Assembly: GCA_050253075.1 (NCBI GenBank)
Contig: JBFWJS010000002.1
Location: forward strand, 64,001-128,000
Length of the DNA: 64,000 nt
Source of the DNA: Deferribacterales bacterium
GTDB taxonomy: Bacteria > Chrysiogenota > Deferribacteres > Deferribacterales > Geovibrionaceae
Direction of reading: 5' to 3'
A program made the position numbers and the translations under genes. This document shows positions 51,132 to 62,103 of the stretch, piece after piece; the stretch's first letter is position 1; each line of letters opens with the position of its first letter. The notes below the pieces were generated by a model, which saw only the letters and a program-made list of their open reading frames with translations, did not search any database and was not told the DNA's origin.

Positions 51132-52198
51132 AAGTCTTTTTCAACCTTGAAAGGCATCCACTCGGTGTTTTTCTTGGTCATAGCATAGTCCACCATAGCC
51201 TCGATCTCTTCAGGAATATAGAGGTCTTTCAGTGAAACATCATAGCCAAGCTCGCCCTGCCATCTCGAAATGTTAAACTCGTACTTCTGCATGATAGATG
51301 CCAGCACATGATATCTCTCGACATTTTTCAGCCTGAGCATCTCGAGGTAATAAGGCATGAGTATGGCATTCGCAGTGCCGTGGTGCACGCCTTTTTCATT
51401 TGTCATCCAATACCCGAGGGCATGCATGAGAGTAGTCGCTGTGTGCAGTATGGTAATGCCCGCAAGGCTCGATCCGTAAAGGAAATTCACCAGTGTCTCG
51501 TCCTGTGTGGTGACGGCGCCCTCGGCAAAAGTGGACATTATGATCTCCATAGACGTGATGGCCATAGAGTCGCTGAAAGGGTTCGCCCTTGTGGAGATAA
51601 ATCCCTCCATAGCATGGGACAGAGCGTCCAGAGCTGTTGCGTATATTATCTTTTTATCCAGTGTGCGGAGAAAGACAGGGTCTATAACGGCATATTTGGG
51701 GAATGTGTTTTCCTTTGCAAAGTTGACCTTATCCACCTTTTCCGTATCTGTGATGATGGAGTAATTGTTCATCTCGCTCCCTGTACCGCATGTGGTGGGC
51801 ACGGCGATGAGCGGAAGCGGTTCGTTGTCCAGTGACGGCTGTGAAAGGAGCTCGTAAAAGCCCTTATTATTCGTAGCGAAAGCGGCAATAGCCTTCGAAG
51901 CATCAAGCGGGCTCCCCCCGCCGAAGCCTATCACTATCTCAGCCTTGCACTCACGGGCAAATTTACCGCCCTTTATGATGGTGTTGATGGACGGATTCTC
52001 CTCTATCTCGCTGAAGTAGAATATCTCTTTCGAGGCGAAATGCGTCCTGAGGAATTTCTTAAATCCTGATTTATCTATTGATGTACGTCCTGAAACCACA
52101 CATATCTTTTTATACGGTTTCAGAAGCTCGTGAAAGTTCTCTATGGCATTAAATCCGAAAAAGGCTTTAACAGGGCTGTGAAAGCTGAATTGTGACAT
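51104..52198 (-). CDS. Iron-containing alcohol dehydrogenase
   Basis: GGGSPLD, PTTCGTGSE, DALSHAME, HG. Confidence 0.9.
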   Translation of the reverse strand: MSQFSFHSPVKAFFGFNAIENFHELLKPYKKICVVSGRTSIDKSGFKKFLRTHFASKEIFYFSEIEENPSINTIIKGGKFARECKAEIVIGFGGGSPLDASKAIAAFATNNKGFYELLSQPSLDNEPLPLIAVPTTCGTGSEMNNYSIITDTEKVDKVNFAKENTFPKYAVIDPVFLRTLDKKIIYATALDALSHAMEGFISTRANPFSDSMAITSMEIIMSTFAEGAVTTQDETLVNFLYGSSLAGITILHTATTLMHALGYWMTNEKGVHHGTANAILMPYYLEMLRLKNVERYHVLASIMQKYEFNISRWQGELGYDVSLKDLYIPEEIEAMVDYAMTKKNTEWMPFKVEKDFVMDVLTRY

Positions 52199-52234
52199 GA
52201 AATTCTCCTTTGTTACGGCTTCTGATTCTATCCT

Positions 52235-52260
52235 AAAAACAAAAGGGGGCTTTCGCCCCC
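52235..52260 (-). terminator. Intrinsic terminator after ilvE
   Basis: Minus strand GGGGGC-GAAA-GCCCCC-TTTT. Confidence 0.85.
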
Positions 52261-52266
52261 GTATTA

Positions 52267-53352
52267 TCAGTATCTTGGTACTTTTGAGAGCCAGCCGAAT
52301 TTGTCTTCGGCTTTGCCCGTTTGTATAGCTGTGTATGCTTCGTATATCTTTCTGGTGTTTTCACCGATACCGCCTTTGCCGACAGTGATGAGCCCGCCGC
52401 TTTCAAAGATATATTCGCTAACAGGCGTGATAACGGCAGCAGTACCGAAACCGCCCGCCTCGATGATATCGCCTGATTTAACTCCGTCGATGAAGTCGGA
52501 TATCTTCACCCTCTCCTGACGAACCTTAAAGCCTATCTCAGGCAGAAGCTCCATGACGGAGACGGATGTTATGGAACGCAGGATGGTGTCTGTGAACTCA
52601 GGTATCACGACAGTGCCGTCCTTCATGATGTGGAAGTGGTTCATAGCGCCGACTTCCTCTATATATGTGTTTGTCGCATCGAGGTAGAGTACCTGTTTTG
52701 CGTCGAACTTCTTGCTGAATTTCGCAGCCTGAAATGCCTGTCCATAGTTTCCGCAGCATTTCGCAGCACCCGTACCGCCTGATACGGCTCTGTGGTATCT
52801 CTCTGTGATGAGCAGACGGACAGTGTTTTTAAACCCGCCCTGATAGTATGCTCCGCTCGGGGAGAGTATCACGCAGTATGTGTATGTCTTGCTAGGTTCC
52901 ATGCCGAGGGCATCGTCTGTGCCGAACATGAACGGACGTATATAAAGTGACGACTCAGGGAGTGAAGGACACCACTCACGCTCTACATCAAGCAGTCTCA
53001 TGAGTGTCTCTTTCTGCAGCTCCACGGGTATCTCAGGCATGCACAGCTTCACGGCAGAGTTGTTCAGCCTTTTGGCATTTTCCTCAACTCTGAAAGCGTA
53101 CATCTCGCCGTCTTCCTGACGGAAAGCCTTTGCGCCTTCGAATATAGACTGACCGTAGTGGAGAGCCACAGCACCCGGCATGACCTCGAGCGGGCCGTAT
53201 GGGACTATGCGTGCGTTTTTCCACTCGCCGTCTGCATAGTCGATGAGAAGCATATGGTCGCTCCTCAGCTTGCCGAATGAGAGAGACTCAGCGCCTTTTA
53301 TTGAATCTGATTTACGCTGATCCTCAGGTAAAAGAGTCATTTTGATTTCCAT
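52267..53352 (-). CDS. ilvE: Branched-chain amino acid aminotransferase
   Basis: LHYGQSIFEG, LYIRP, AAK..GNY, EEVGAMN, GTAAVITP. Confidence 0.92.
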   Translation of the reverse strand: MEIKMTLLPEDQRKSDSIKGAESLSFGKLRSDHMLLIDYADGEWKNARIVPYGPLEVMPGAVALHYGQSIFEGAKAFRQEDGEMYAFRVEENAKRLNNSAVKLCMPEIPVELQKETLMRLLDVEREWCPSLPESSLYIRPFMFGTDDALGMEPSKTYTYCVILSPSGAYYQGGFKNTVRLLITERYHRAVSGGTGAAKCCGNYGQAFQAAKFSKKFDAKQVLYLDATNTYIEEVGAMNHFHIMKDGTVVIPEFTDTILRSITSVSVMELLPEIGFKVRQERVKISDFIDGVKSGDIIEAGGFGTAAVITPVSEYIFESGGLITVGKGGIGENTRKIYEAYTAIQTGKAEDKFGWLSKVPRY

Positions 53353-53443
53353 GTCGTCCTCATAATCTGGAATTTGTTAGAAAAGAATTATATGAAATAA
53401 TAAAATCGCAGTAAAGAGCTTTGGTGTGAAATATGAAGTTTTA

Positions 53444-54694
53444 TTAAAAATAAAGTGCGACCTGTCCGTAGACACGCTTCGGAGCGGATATCAGACGTCC
53501 TGTCGCATCGTCGTAAAACCCGCCGAATTCAGTACCCGTACTTCCAAAAGGCAGATCGAGCCCGACGGTGAATATCAGGTCTTCCCTGTGGTGATACTCT
53601 ATCTTCGGCTGTAAAATATATGACATATCTCTAAGATTGACCACTGCCTGAGTGTAAAGGTCTATTGCCCTAACAGGGGTGTACTCTATGCCTATTGCAG
53701 TATAATATTCGTCCCGCAGGTTTATCTCACCCGTCTGTATCTTTCTGTACAGGTCTGGGTTATTTCGTGCATCGTCTATGCTGGCCTCGCCCAGAGAGTT
53801 GTAGTAAAGCTCTGCAAAGCCTGTTGTATCATTACCCAGCGTCAGCCACGAATAGTCTGCATTCACCACCGCCGTGATATATGCCTCTTCGCTGCCGCTA
53901 CCTGCGACGACATCACCGCCGAAACCGCCGTGGTTAAATGTCACTCTTCCGCCTAAGCCCGCTGTCTCGTCTCCGTTGTGCGTTCCGCCGTAAATGGCAA
54001 ATCTGTTCCCGTCGGTGTAACGGTTCAGCCTGAATAGTGCTGAGGAGTGGTCATAGTCTATCTCTCTGTCTTCGGGGTCTCTGCCCGGCACGATGAGAAG
54101 CTGTTCGTCTGAAAACAGCCTGCCCCGAACCCTCACAGACAGCAGATCCTGCCCCTCTTTATACTGTGCAAGGGTATCTGTCGGGGAATAAGGATTTATA
54201 AAGTCAGCCGTCTGAAATATCTGCCCATGCCCCCAGAATACAGCCTGACGTCCGAACCTGATCTCGCCCTGTCTCAGCATATATTTCAGATACAGTCTGT
54301 CCAGCCTGTGATACGCCGTCTCGCCGTTGTTATCGACATATTCCTGACTAAGGGTGAACAACTGGGTGTTATCCTTCGGTGTCCTCTCCTCTATCACATC
54401 CATGTATCCGGTGCGCCCTTCGAGAGCCTCGATGGCAGACATGTACTCGCCTTTGGAAAAGCTGTTTTCATAAGCGACAAAGAGGAGCGTATCATCCGCC
54501 ACATCCCCCTTCACCATTATGCGGGCGAGGATGCGGGCATCCACCATGGCCTGTTCGTCACCGACCATATCCATGATGGACGATGCCGAATAGGAGTCTA
54601 CAAAAGTGCGGGTTTCAAGCAGACCTTTCACCTCTGACTCAGAGCCGTAGACAAGAACAGGCAAAAAGAATATAATTAAAACTATTAAACGCAT
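53444..54694 (-). CDS. Putative outer-membrane beta-barrel protein
   Basis: Signal peptide, DRLY, GRQAVFWG, C-terminal Phe. Confidence 0.7.
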   Translation of the reverse strand: MRLIVLIIFFLPVLVYGSESEVKGLLETRTFVDSYSASSIMDMVGDEQAMVDARILARIMVKGDVADDTLLFVAYENSFSKGEYMSAIEALEGRTGYMDVIEERTPKDNTQLFTLSQEYVDNNGETAYHRLDRLYLKYMLRQGEIRFGRQAVFWGHGQIFQTADFINPYSPTDTLAQYKEGQDLLSVRVRGRLFSDEQLLIVPGRDPEDREIDYDHSSALFRLNRYTDGNRFAIYGGTHNGDETAGLGGRVTFNHGGFGGDVVAGSGSEEAYITAVVNADYSWLTLGNDTTGFAELYYNSLGEASIDDARNNPDLYRKIQTGEINLRDEYYTAIGIEYTPVRAIDLYTQAVVNLRDMSYILQPKIEYHHREDLIFTVGLDLPFGSTGTEFGGFYDDATGRLISAPKRVYGQVALYF

Positions 54695-54794
54695 TCGGGA
54701 TTATAACCTTAAACATATGGTATACACAAGATTACATCTTATCTGACAGTCGGTTCAGATAAATATGCTTGTAATCTGCAATACCGGAGAAGAT

Positions 54795-56231
54795 ATGACA
54801 AACAACGTAAACGGCAATAGTGAAAAATATACTCTTATAATCGGTCTGGGCTATTTCGAGCGGGAGCTCGTCGCCCATCTCAAAGATAAGAGACCTATCA
54901 AAGTTGTTGATATAAAAGAAAGCTATGTGGAAAAGCTGGACGTGAAATTCCCCGAGGTGGACTTCATCACGGGCGATTCATCCAGCCTAGTCACATGGAA
55001 AAAGCTCGACCATCAGGCGATAGCGCAGATAATCATCACCGTGAGGGATAAGGATGTGGTGCATGAGACATGCCGACTGGTACGTGAGTTCCTGAAGCTG
55101 GAGATAATGATCATAGTCATCAGCTACGACGACTACGACACATCTATCCTCGACGAATTCAACGTCACGATCGTCCGCCCTATGCAGATGGGTCTAGACA
55201 TCATAGCGAACCTGCTGGACAAAAACGTATCATGGCCGGTAAACATCGGAAACCGCGAAGGGGAGATCGTCGAGGTTCAGGTTTTGAAAAACTCGCACCT
55301 TGTGGGGGTCAGGCTGAAACACATCCGCCCCGTCAGCTGGAGCATAGCCCTGATATATATCGACGGACGTCCGCAGATACCTAACGCAAACACACGCATA
55401 TCCGTCGGGTGCAGGGTCGTCCTCGTCGGCGAGCCGAACGTGCTTAAGGGTGTTATCGATACCCTGACAAAGGGTGAGCCGAATTTCCCTCTGCAGTTCG
55501 GGCAGAACATAGCCGTAAAGGCAACCAACCAATACCCTGAGCTCCCTGACGAAGCCATATATATGTTCAAACACACAATGGCGAAGAAAGTGAATGTGCT
55601 CCCCACCAAAGGAAAGAGCATCAAAGGACTGGCGGAGAAATTCAAAACTGAAAAGATAGAGTTCATCACAGGGGACACCATAAACTCCTATGAAGATATA
55701 GTAGACTATAAAGACGGTATGCTCGTCCTGCCGAAGAAGACATCAATATTCTCTGGCAGATATTACCGCAGATTCTTCAGCAATGCAGAGTCGCCACTCC
55801 TCTTCACCCATGGGCATACATCATACGACAGGGTCGTCATCAGCCTTAATACGGAGACCCCCGCATTTGTTCTTGAGACAGGTGTGGAGCTGGCGAAGCT
55901 GCTCATGACGAAATACTCCGTAATATACGTGAATCGTGTGGAGAATGTCCGCAGTCAGAAAGACGTGGACTATCTGAACTACCGCAAGAACCTCATCGCC
56001 GACTTCGAGATGACAGACGGCGTGACTATAGACCACACTATACTAGAGGGGAACCCCGTCATGGAGACCCTCAGCCATATGGAAGGATACGAAGGGGAGA
56101 ACTGTCTGCTTGTCATGACATTCGACCCTGAGGATAAGATAACCGTCTTCGACCCGAATGTGCAGTATCACCTTGCTAGAAAGACAAAGTGCAGCGTGCT
56201 CGCCATACCTGTTGAGGACACCCATGCATAG
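54795..56231 (+). CDS. RCK (TrkA-N/TrkA-C) protein with C-terminal USP-like region
   Basis: IIGLG Rossmann start, GEIVEVQV..SHLVG, terminal CSVLAIP; GGAGA before ATG 54795. Confidence 0.75.
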   Translation: MTNNVNGNSEKYTLIIGLGYFERELVAHLKDKRPIKVVDIKESYVEKLDVKFPEVDFITGDSSSLVTWKKLDHQAIAQIIITVRDKDVVHETCRLVREFLKLEIMIIVISYDDYDTSILDEFNVTIVRPMQMGLDIIANLLDKNVSWPVNIGNREGEIVEVQVLKNSHLVGVRLKHIRPVSWSIALIYIDGRPQIPNANTRISVGCRVVLVGEPNVLKGVIDTLTKGEPNFPLQFGQNIAVKATNQYPELPDEAIYMFKHTMAKKVNVLPTKGKSIKGLAEKFKTEKIEFITGDTINSYEDIVDYKDGMLVLPKKTSIFSGRYYRRFFSNAESPLLFTHGHTSYDRVVISLNTETPAFVLETGVELAKLLMTKYSVIYVNRVENVRSQKDVDYLNYRKNLIADFEMTDGVTIDHTILEGNPVMETLSHMEGYEGENCLLVMTFDPEDKITVFDPNVQYHLARKTKCSVLAIPVEDTHA

Positions 56232-57381
56232 CGCAGAAGCATTACTCCTGCTCCTATTTGTGGTCGGTGCATACGTTGCGCCTATTATATCAAAAAAGAT
56301 ACTCATCCCCCCTGCGGTGGGCGAGATACTCTTCGGCATAGCCATTGCGCCACTATACCATAAGCTGATGCACACACAGGAGATAGTCAGCTTCCTTGCG
56401 GAGCTCGGCTTCCTCATACTTATGTATCTGGCAGGGCTGGAGGTTGATTTTGAAAATATCAGCCGCATGCGCAAAAGCGAGCTGTGGAGCTATTTTGCCT
56501 CTATAGTCCTTGTCGCCGTGCTTTCTGTCACTGCCGTGCTCATACTGGGGCAGTCGCCCCTTATGGCCGTCGCATATATGACGATAGCCATCGGTCTGCT
56601 CTTCCCTGTTCTGCAGGATCTGAACCTGCTGGACAAGCCCGAGGGGCAGTCGCTACTTGTGCTCGGAGGCATAGGCGAGGTGTTTTCTCTTGTGGGGCTG
56701 ACACTCGTGTCGCTCTATTACCAATACGGTCTGGGAGCGGAGGCAATGCTTCACTTCTCATACCTCATCATGTTTGTTATATCCATCTTTGCACTGACAA
56801 AGGTGTTTAACCTGCTGGTATGGTGGTATCCGAGGATATCCAGCATGATAACCACTACGGGCACGGCATCGGAGATGGGCATCAGGGCAAACTTCGTGAA
56901 CATGTTTATCTTCGTGGCGGGCGCAGTGCTCATAGGTGTCGAGCCAATCATCGGGGCTTTCATCGGGGGGCTGATATTCTCTCTGCTGTTTAAGACAAAG
57001 CACGATATACAGGAAGTTTTCAGCGGTGTGGGGAACGGTTTTCTCATACCCATATTCTTTATAAATGTCGGACTGAATTTTAATATATCATATCTGGCAG
57101 ATATTAACGTCATAGCAGGAGCAATTATAATATCGCTCCTTTTGCTTGTTATCAGATATCTGTCTATGATACATTTCCTCTTCACGGGGATGTCTTTCAG
57201 GCTGTTCATGGTGGCGCCCGTTGCGCTTTCGTTTCCGCTGACCCTTATGGTTACGGTTGCGATGTTCGGACTGAGCTATAAGATGCTGGACGAGACAGAC
57301 GCAGCCATGCTCATCATATCGGCACTGCTGACGGCTATAGTCTATCCCGTGCTGACAAAACAGCTTGCGAAGCGATTTTAA
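56224..57381 (+). CDS. Cation:proton antiporter
   Basis: Multi-TM; GEILFG, LMYLAGLE, IIGAF, PIFFI. Confidence 0.88.
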   Translation: MHSAEALLLLLFVVGAYVAPIISKKILIPPAVGEILFGIAIAPLYHKLMHTQEIVSFLAELGFLILMYLAGLEVDFENISRMRKSELWSYFASIVLVAVLSVTAVLILGQSPLMAVAYMTIAIGLLFPVLQDLNLLDKPEGQSLLVLGGIGEVFSLVGLTLVSLYYQYGLGAEAMLHFSYLIMFVISIFALTKVFNLLVWWYPRISSMITTTGTASEMGIRANFVNMFIFVAGAVLIGVEPIIGAFIGGLIFSLLFKTKHDIQEVFSGVGNGFLIPIFFINVGLNFNISYLADINVIAGAIIISLLLLVIRYLSMIHFLFTGMSFRLFMVAPVALSFPLTLMVTVAMFGLSYKMLDETDAAMLIISALLTAIVYPVLTKQLAKRF

Positions 57382-57399
57382 TTTTACGGAGATTCACAT

Positions 57400-58245
57400 A
57401 TGCCTTTTGAAAATGAAGTTCTTATCAGAGTAGCGGCGACGGTATTTGCGGTATTAGTACTGCTGACACTGCGGAAGCTCTCTGTGAATATAGTGATGAA
57501 GAAGGAATTCATCCACAAAGAGCAGAAGATGCGTGCGGTGATATACACCCGCAAAGTGTTCATGACGCTGATAATACTGTCTGTTTCATTCATCTGGCTG
57601 ACACACATAAAAGACTTTGCAATATCCATAACAGCCCTCGCCGTTGCCATCGTAATAGCGACGAAAGAGCTGATACTCTGCGTCAGCGGAGGTATATTAA
57701 AGAACTATGCACAGTCTTACCGCATAGGTGACAGAGTGCGCATAGGCGAATACAGAGGCGACGTGGTGAACTATGACCTGCTCTCCACCACAATACTAGA
57801 GATCGGCCCGGGGGAGAAATCCCATCAATATACAGGACGCTCCATCAGCGTGCCTAACAGCATGTTTCTCTCGCTGCCGCTGGTGAACGAGACACTCAGC
57901 GACGACTATATGCTCCATGTCTTCACCATACCTCTCAATGCGGCGTCCGACTGGCAGAGAGCCGAGCAGGAGCTGCTGAAAGCGTCTAACGAGATCGTGA
58001 GCGAGTATAAGGAAGAAGCACAAAAACTGATGGAAAAGATAGGCAGTAAGACAGGCTTCGAAGCGCCGAACGCAGACCCGAGGGTCACCATCACTCTGCC
58101 CGATAAAGACACCATACACCTTATGGTCCGTGTCCCCGTCCCTTCACGCAGAAAAGGAAAGATAGAACAGGCAATCCTGCGCAGATTCCTCGAGAGTTTT
58201 AAAGGATTTGGCGAATACTCTTCTCCGTATCCGCCAAGCAACTGA
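57400..58245 (+). CDS. MscS mechanosensitive channel
   Basis: N-terminal TMs, YRIGDRVRIG..RGDV, SVPNS. Confidence 0.9.
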   Translation: MPFENEVLIRVAATVFAVLVLLTLRKLSVNIVMKKEFIHKEQKMRAVIYTRKVFMTLIILSVSFIWLTHIKDFAISITALAVAIVIATKELILCVSGGILKNYAQSYRIGDRVRIGEYRGDVVNYDLLSTTILEIGPGEKSHQYTGRSISVPNSMFLSLPLVNETLSDDYMLHVFTIPLNAASDWQRAEQELLKASNEIVSEYKEEAQKLMEKIGSKTGFEAPNADPRVTITLPDKDTIHLMVRVPVPSRRKGKIEQAILRRFLESFKGFGEYSSPYPPSN

Positions 58246-58248
58246 TAT

Positions 58249-58566
58249 TTACTCTGCGATGTATGAACAGCAGTAATCTGCGAATGTATCTGTAGATACT
58301 TTGAAAAGGCTGTTTGCGGGTATTTCGAATGATTCGCCCGCTTCCACGGTGATCCACTCATCGCTCCCCGGCAGAAGCACATTCAGGCTGCCTCCGAGTA
58401 TCTCCATAACCTCTTTCAGGTTTGTGTCGAACTCGTATTCGCCTGGATTGATAAAGCCGAGGGTCTTTTTAACGCCGTCAGCGAAAAGGACTGTCCTGCT
58501 GGTTACTCCGCCGTCGAAATATACGTTCGCCTTTTTTATAACACTTACATTTTCAAATTTATCCAT
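58249..58566 (-). CDS. ppnP: Pyrimidine/purine nucleoside phosphorylase
   Basis: [22 protein letters not shown]. Confidence 0.92.
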   Translation of the reverse strand: MDKFENVSVIKKANVYFDGGVTSRTVLFADGVKKTLGFINPGEYEFDTNLKEVMEILGGSLNVLLPGSDEWITVEAGESFEIPANSLFKVSTDTFADYCCSYIAE

Positions 58567-58713
58567 GATCTCCTCCTGATATAGAAGCTAACGGATTTTA
58601 ATCACAATTATATTTTTTACAAGAATTTTCAGTGATCCATGTATATAATAAACCTGTAACGACCATAACGCCTTACATAATGAACTCTGTATTCACCGTA
58701 TAAGGAGCCTATC

Positions 58714-59031
58714 TTGAGCAATTTCGCTAAAACACCCGAACCGCCCTACTATGCCGTTATATTCACATCGGACAGGACAGACGGAGACAACGGATACGCC
58801 GAAATGGCCGACAGAATGGTTGAGCTCGCATCAAAACAGCCCGGATTTCTCGGTGCAGAATCCGCACGGGAAGGTACAGGCATCACCGTCTCCTACTGGA
58901 AAGACATGGAATCCATAAACAACTGGAAGAACAATCCCGAACACCTTCAGGCACAGAAAACAGGTCGAGAAAAATGGTACAGCGGTTTTATAACACGGAT
59001 AGCAAAAGTCGAGCGGGATAACTCATTTTAG
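58714..59031 (+). CDS. ABM-domain (antibiotic biosynthesis monooxygenase family) protein
   Basis: PPYYAVIFTS, QPGFLG, ITVSYW; TTG start after AAGGAG. Confidence 0.88.
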   Translation: MSNFAKTPEPPYYAVIFTSDRTDGDNGYAEMADRMVELASKQPGFLGAESAREGTGITVSYWKDMESINNWKNNPEHLQAQKTGREKWYSGFITRIAKVERDNSF

Positions 59032-59338
59032 TTTTATAAATCAGAATCTTTGTTTTAAGTGCATCACGAGCCGTTACATCCTCCAAAAATCACGCCACCG
59101 TATAGATAATGATTTTCATTTGCATAACAACAAGTAAGCATCGTTTTAAGACCTTTATAATCCCGCTACACAACATGCAAATAGCAAAACCCTGTTCTGA
59201 TACCCTTGACGCCTCTATCTGAGGAACTATATTTAGTATATGTCGATAATGACTTTTTAGAAATATGCTAAGCCTGTATGCAAAGGTGACTGCAGTAACT
59301 TAGCTACATACCCTATATAACCCTTTTTGGAGGTAATA

Positions 59339-60865
59339 ATGGGAAAAGTATATGAAGCCCCCGGCAAACCGGGGAGCATTGTTTCGCTAAAACCACGTTA
59401 CGACAACTTTATTGGCGGCAAATGGGTAGCTCCTGTAAAGGGGCAGTATATGCCTAACATCACCCCTGCAACCGGAAAAGTTTTTTGTGAAGTTGCTAAA
59501 TCAACAGCAGCAGACGTAGAGCTCGCTCTCGATGCTGCCCACAAAGCAAAAGACGCATGGGGAGAGACATCATTAACCGAAAGAGCTGCAGTTCTGAACA
59601 AAATTGCAGACGCCATAGAAGCCAATCTTGAGATGCTTGCCGTAGCAGAAAGCTGGGAAAACGGTAAACCCGTGAGGGAAACCCTCGCAGCAGACATACC
59701 TCTTGCGGTAGATCACTTCCGTTATTTTGCCGGAGCTACACGCTCCCTCGAAGGCACTCTGACAGAAATCGACAAAGACACCGTAGCTTATCATTTCCAT
59801 GAGCCGCTCGGCGTTGTCGGACAGATCATCCCCTTTAACTTCCCTATCCTTATGGCAGCGTGGAAGATAGCCCCCGCTCTGGCGGCAGGCAACTGTACCG
59901 TGCTAAAACCTGCGTCTCCTACTCCTTGGTCTATCCTGAAACTGGCAGAAGTTATCGCTGATGTCGTTCCGGAAGGTGTTATAAACATCATAACAGGCCC
60001 TGGCGGAGAGATAGGCAAGGCCCTTGCCACAAGCCCTCGTATTGCCAAAATAGGCTTCACAGGGGAAACAACAACAGGCCGCCTCATCATGCAGTATGCA
60101 GCACAAAACATCATCCCTTCCACCACGGAACTCGGCGGAAAGTCGCCTAACATCTTTTTCGAAGACGTTATGGCAGAGGATGATTCATTCCTTGATAAAG
60201 CTATCGAAGGCCTTGTGCTTTATGCCTTTAACAAAGGCGAAGTTTGTACTTGTCCTTCCCGTGCACTCATTCAGGAATCAATATATGACAAATTTATGGA
60301 GCGCTGTCTCAAACGTATCGAAAAGATCGTTCAGGGCAACCCTCTGGATACAGCCACAATGATAGGACCACAGGTCTCCACATCCCAGATAGAAAAGATC
60401 ACCGGATATGTAGACATAGGTAAACAGGAAGGCGCACAGTGTCTCATCGGAGGCGAGCGCAATGTCCTCGGCGGCGAGTTTGCAGACGGCTACTATTTCA
60501 AACCGACTATACTCAAAGGCGAAAACAGCATGAGAGTATTTCAGGAAGAGATATTCGGTCCTGTACTTGCAGTGACAACTTTCAAAGACGAAGCAGAAGC
60601 TCTTAAAATAGCCAACGACACCCTTTACGGCCTCGGCGCAGGCGTATGGACAAGGGACGGAAACCGTGCATACCGCATGGGACGTGCTATAAAAGCGGGT
60701 CGGGTTTGGACAAACTGTTACCACCTCTACCCTGCGGGAGCAGCATTCGGCGGATATAAAATCTCCGGTATCGGAAGGGAAAACCACCAGATGATGCTTG
60801 AGCACTATACCCAGACTAAAAACCTGCTGGTAAGCTACAGCGAGAAACCGCTGGGATTCTTTTAA
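59339..60865 (+). CDS. Aldehyde dehydrogenase (AldB/ExaC type)
   Basis: [30 protein letters not shown] before ATG 59339. Confidence 0.95.
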   Translation: MGKVYEAPGKPGSIVSLKPRYDNFIGGKWVAPVKGQYMPNITPATGKVFCEVAKSTAADVELALDAAHKAKDAWGETSLTERAAVLNKIADAIEANLEMLAVAESWENGKPVRETLAADIPLAVDHFRYFAGATRSLEGTLTEIDKDTVAYHFHEPLGVVGQIIPFNFPILMAAWKIAPALAAGNCTVLKPASPTPWSILKLAEVIADVVPEGVINIITGPGGEIGKALATSPRIAKIGFTGETTTGRLIMQYAAQNIIPSTTELGGKSPNIFFEDVMAEDDSFLDKAIEGLVLYAFNKGEVCTCPSRALIQESIYDKFMERCLKRIEKIVQGNPLDTATMIGPQVSTSQIEKITGYVDIGKQEGAQCLIGGERNVLGGEFADGYYFKPTILKGENSMRVFQEEIFGPVLAVTTFKDEAEALKIANDTLYGLGAGVWTRDGNRAYRMGRAIKAGRVWTNCYHLYPAGAAFGGYKISGIGRENHQMMLEHYTQTKNLLVSYSEKPLGFF

Positions 60866-60875
60866 CGAGAAAGGC

Positions 60876-61250
60876 ATGAAAACACCAACAGGAGAACCGG
60901 CAGTAATCGCCACAAAAGAAGCTCTGGAAGCTATTGAACGACTGAAGGAAGAGCATGGCCATATCATGTTTTTTCAATCAGGAGGATGTTGTGACGGCAG
61001 TCTGCCGATGTGTTTCGGAAAGGATGAATTTATAGTAGGTGATAATGACGTCATGCTCGGAGAACTGGGCGGAAGCCCTTTCTACATAGACTTTCGTCAG
61101 TACGAAGTTTGGAAGCACACTCAGCTTATACTGGATGTAGGAGAAGGTGCACCGGAAGGCTTTTCGCTCCCCGCAGGAGAGGACAGCCACTTTATAACAA
61201 GATCACGGGTATGTTCTATCCCGACCGAAAAAACAGACGGCCAGCCCTAA
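60876..61250 (+). CDS. DUF779 family protein
   Basis: FQSGGCCDGS.PMC; usual partner of AldB-type ALDH. Confidence 0.88.
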   Translation: MKTPTGEPAVIATKEALEAIERLKEEHGHIMFFQSGGCCDGSLPMCFGKDEFIVGDNDVMLGELGGSPFYIDFRQYEVWKHTQLILDVGEGAPEGFSLPAGEDSHFITRSRVCSIPTEKTDGQP

Positions 61251-61282
61251 GAAAGCTGCCGACCAAATTCTTAACAACTAAT

Positions 61283-61309
61283 GAGGGGCATTAATTTGCC
61301 CCTCTTTTT
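61283..61309 (+). terminator. Intrinsic terminator
   Basis: GAGGGGCA-TTAATT-TGCCCCTC-TTTTT. Confidence 0.85.
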
Positions 61310-61331
61310 ATGTGACTATCTATATACGGCT

Positions 61332-62102
61332 CTACTTACGTCCGCCGCCGCCACCGGAGCCGCCTCCGCCGCCTGAACCGCCTTTACCGCCTGAGCCTCC
61401 GCCCATTCCGCCGCTCATTCCGCCTGACGAACTGCCCATGTCGGAAGCAGACCTGCCTGCCTTCATACCGCTTTCCATACGGTCAGCCATATCGGACGCA
61501 TTCCCCATGGATGCCCCCTGCATAAAAGCAGATCGGTATTCATTTATCTGTGACCGGTTCATGCCTGATGCCTGTACAGCCACCCTGCTGACCTTACTCT
61601 CCTCCACACCGTACTGCATCATTGTTTTGTACAGCTGCATAACGGCATAGGTGTATTCCGCTGACTTGAGCTCTTCGATGGTTTTATCCAGCATCTGACG
61701 TGTAGCTCCTGCCGCCATAGCATCCGCCACGGCATCGCAGAATCCGTTTTTATCAGCCTGTTTCACCTGCATCTTATCCGCCAGCTGCGACGCATATTCA
61801 TACCTTGCGCCGATGGCTTCCACAGCACCCATTATCCTCGCCTCGGGGACATTTTTAGCTATCCCTTCCGCCACTTTTTCCATAACACTTACGGCCTGCG
61901 AGCCAATCCTTTTCTGCATCATTTCTTTTATACGCAGGGTGCTTTCAGCGGCGAAATTCATCGTCTTAAGCTCATTAGCCACCTGCACGGCAAACTCCGC
62001 AGGAACTCCCGCATCAACCGCTACGTCAGAAATATCTGTGTATTCATCCGCAAAAGCGTTTATGGAAAATATCATAAGTGTTATCATGATCAGCTTTTTC
62101 AT
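61332..62102 (-). CDS. Exported helical protein with Gly/Ser/Met-rich tail
   Basis: Signal peptide ending AFA; KVAEGIAKNVP; poly-Gly C-terminus. Confidence 0.75.
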   Translation of the reverse strand: MKKLIMITLMIFSINAFADEYTDISDVAVDAGVPAEFAVQVANELKTMNFAAESTLRIKEMMQKRIGSQAVSVMEKVAEGIAKNVPEARIMGAVEAIGARYEYASQLADKMQVKQADKNGFCDAVADAMAAGATRQMLDKTIEELKSAEYTYAVMQLYKTMMQYGVEESKVSRVAVQASGMNRSQINEYRSAFMQGASMGNASDMADRMESGMKAGRSASDMGSSSGGMSGGMGGGSGGKGGSGGGGGSGGGGGRK

Positions 62103-62103
62103 A

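Noticed and set aside
61312..61650. Proline-rich plus-strand ORF
   Set aside because: Mirror of the Gly-rich tail of the minus-strand gene.
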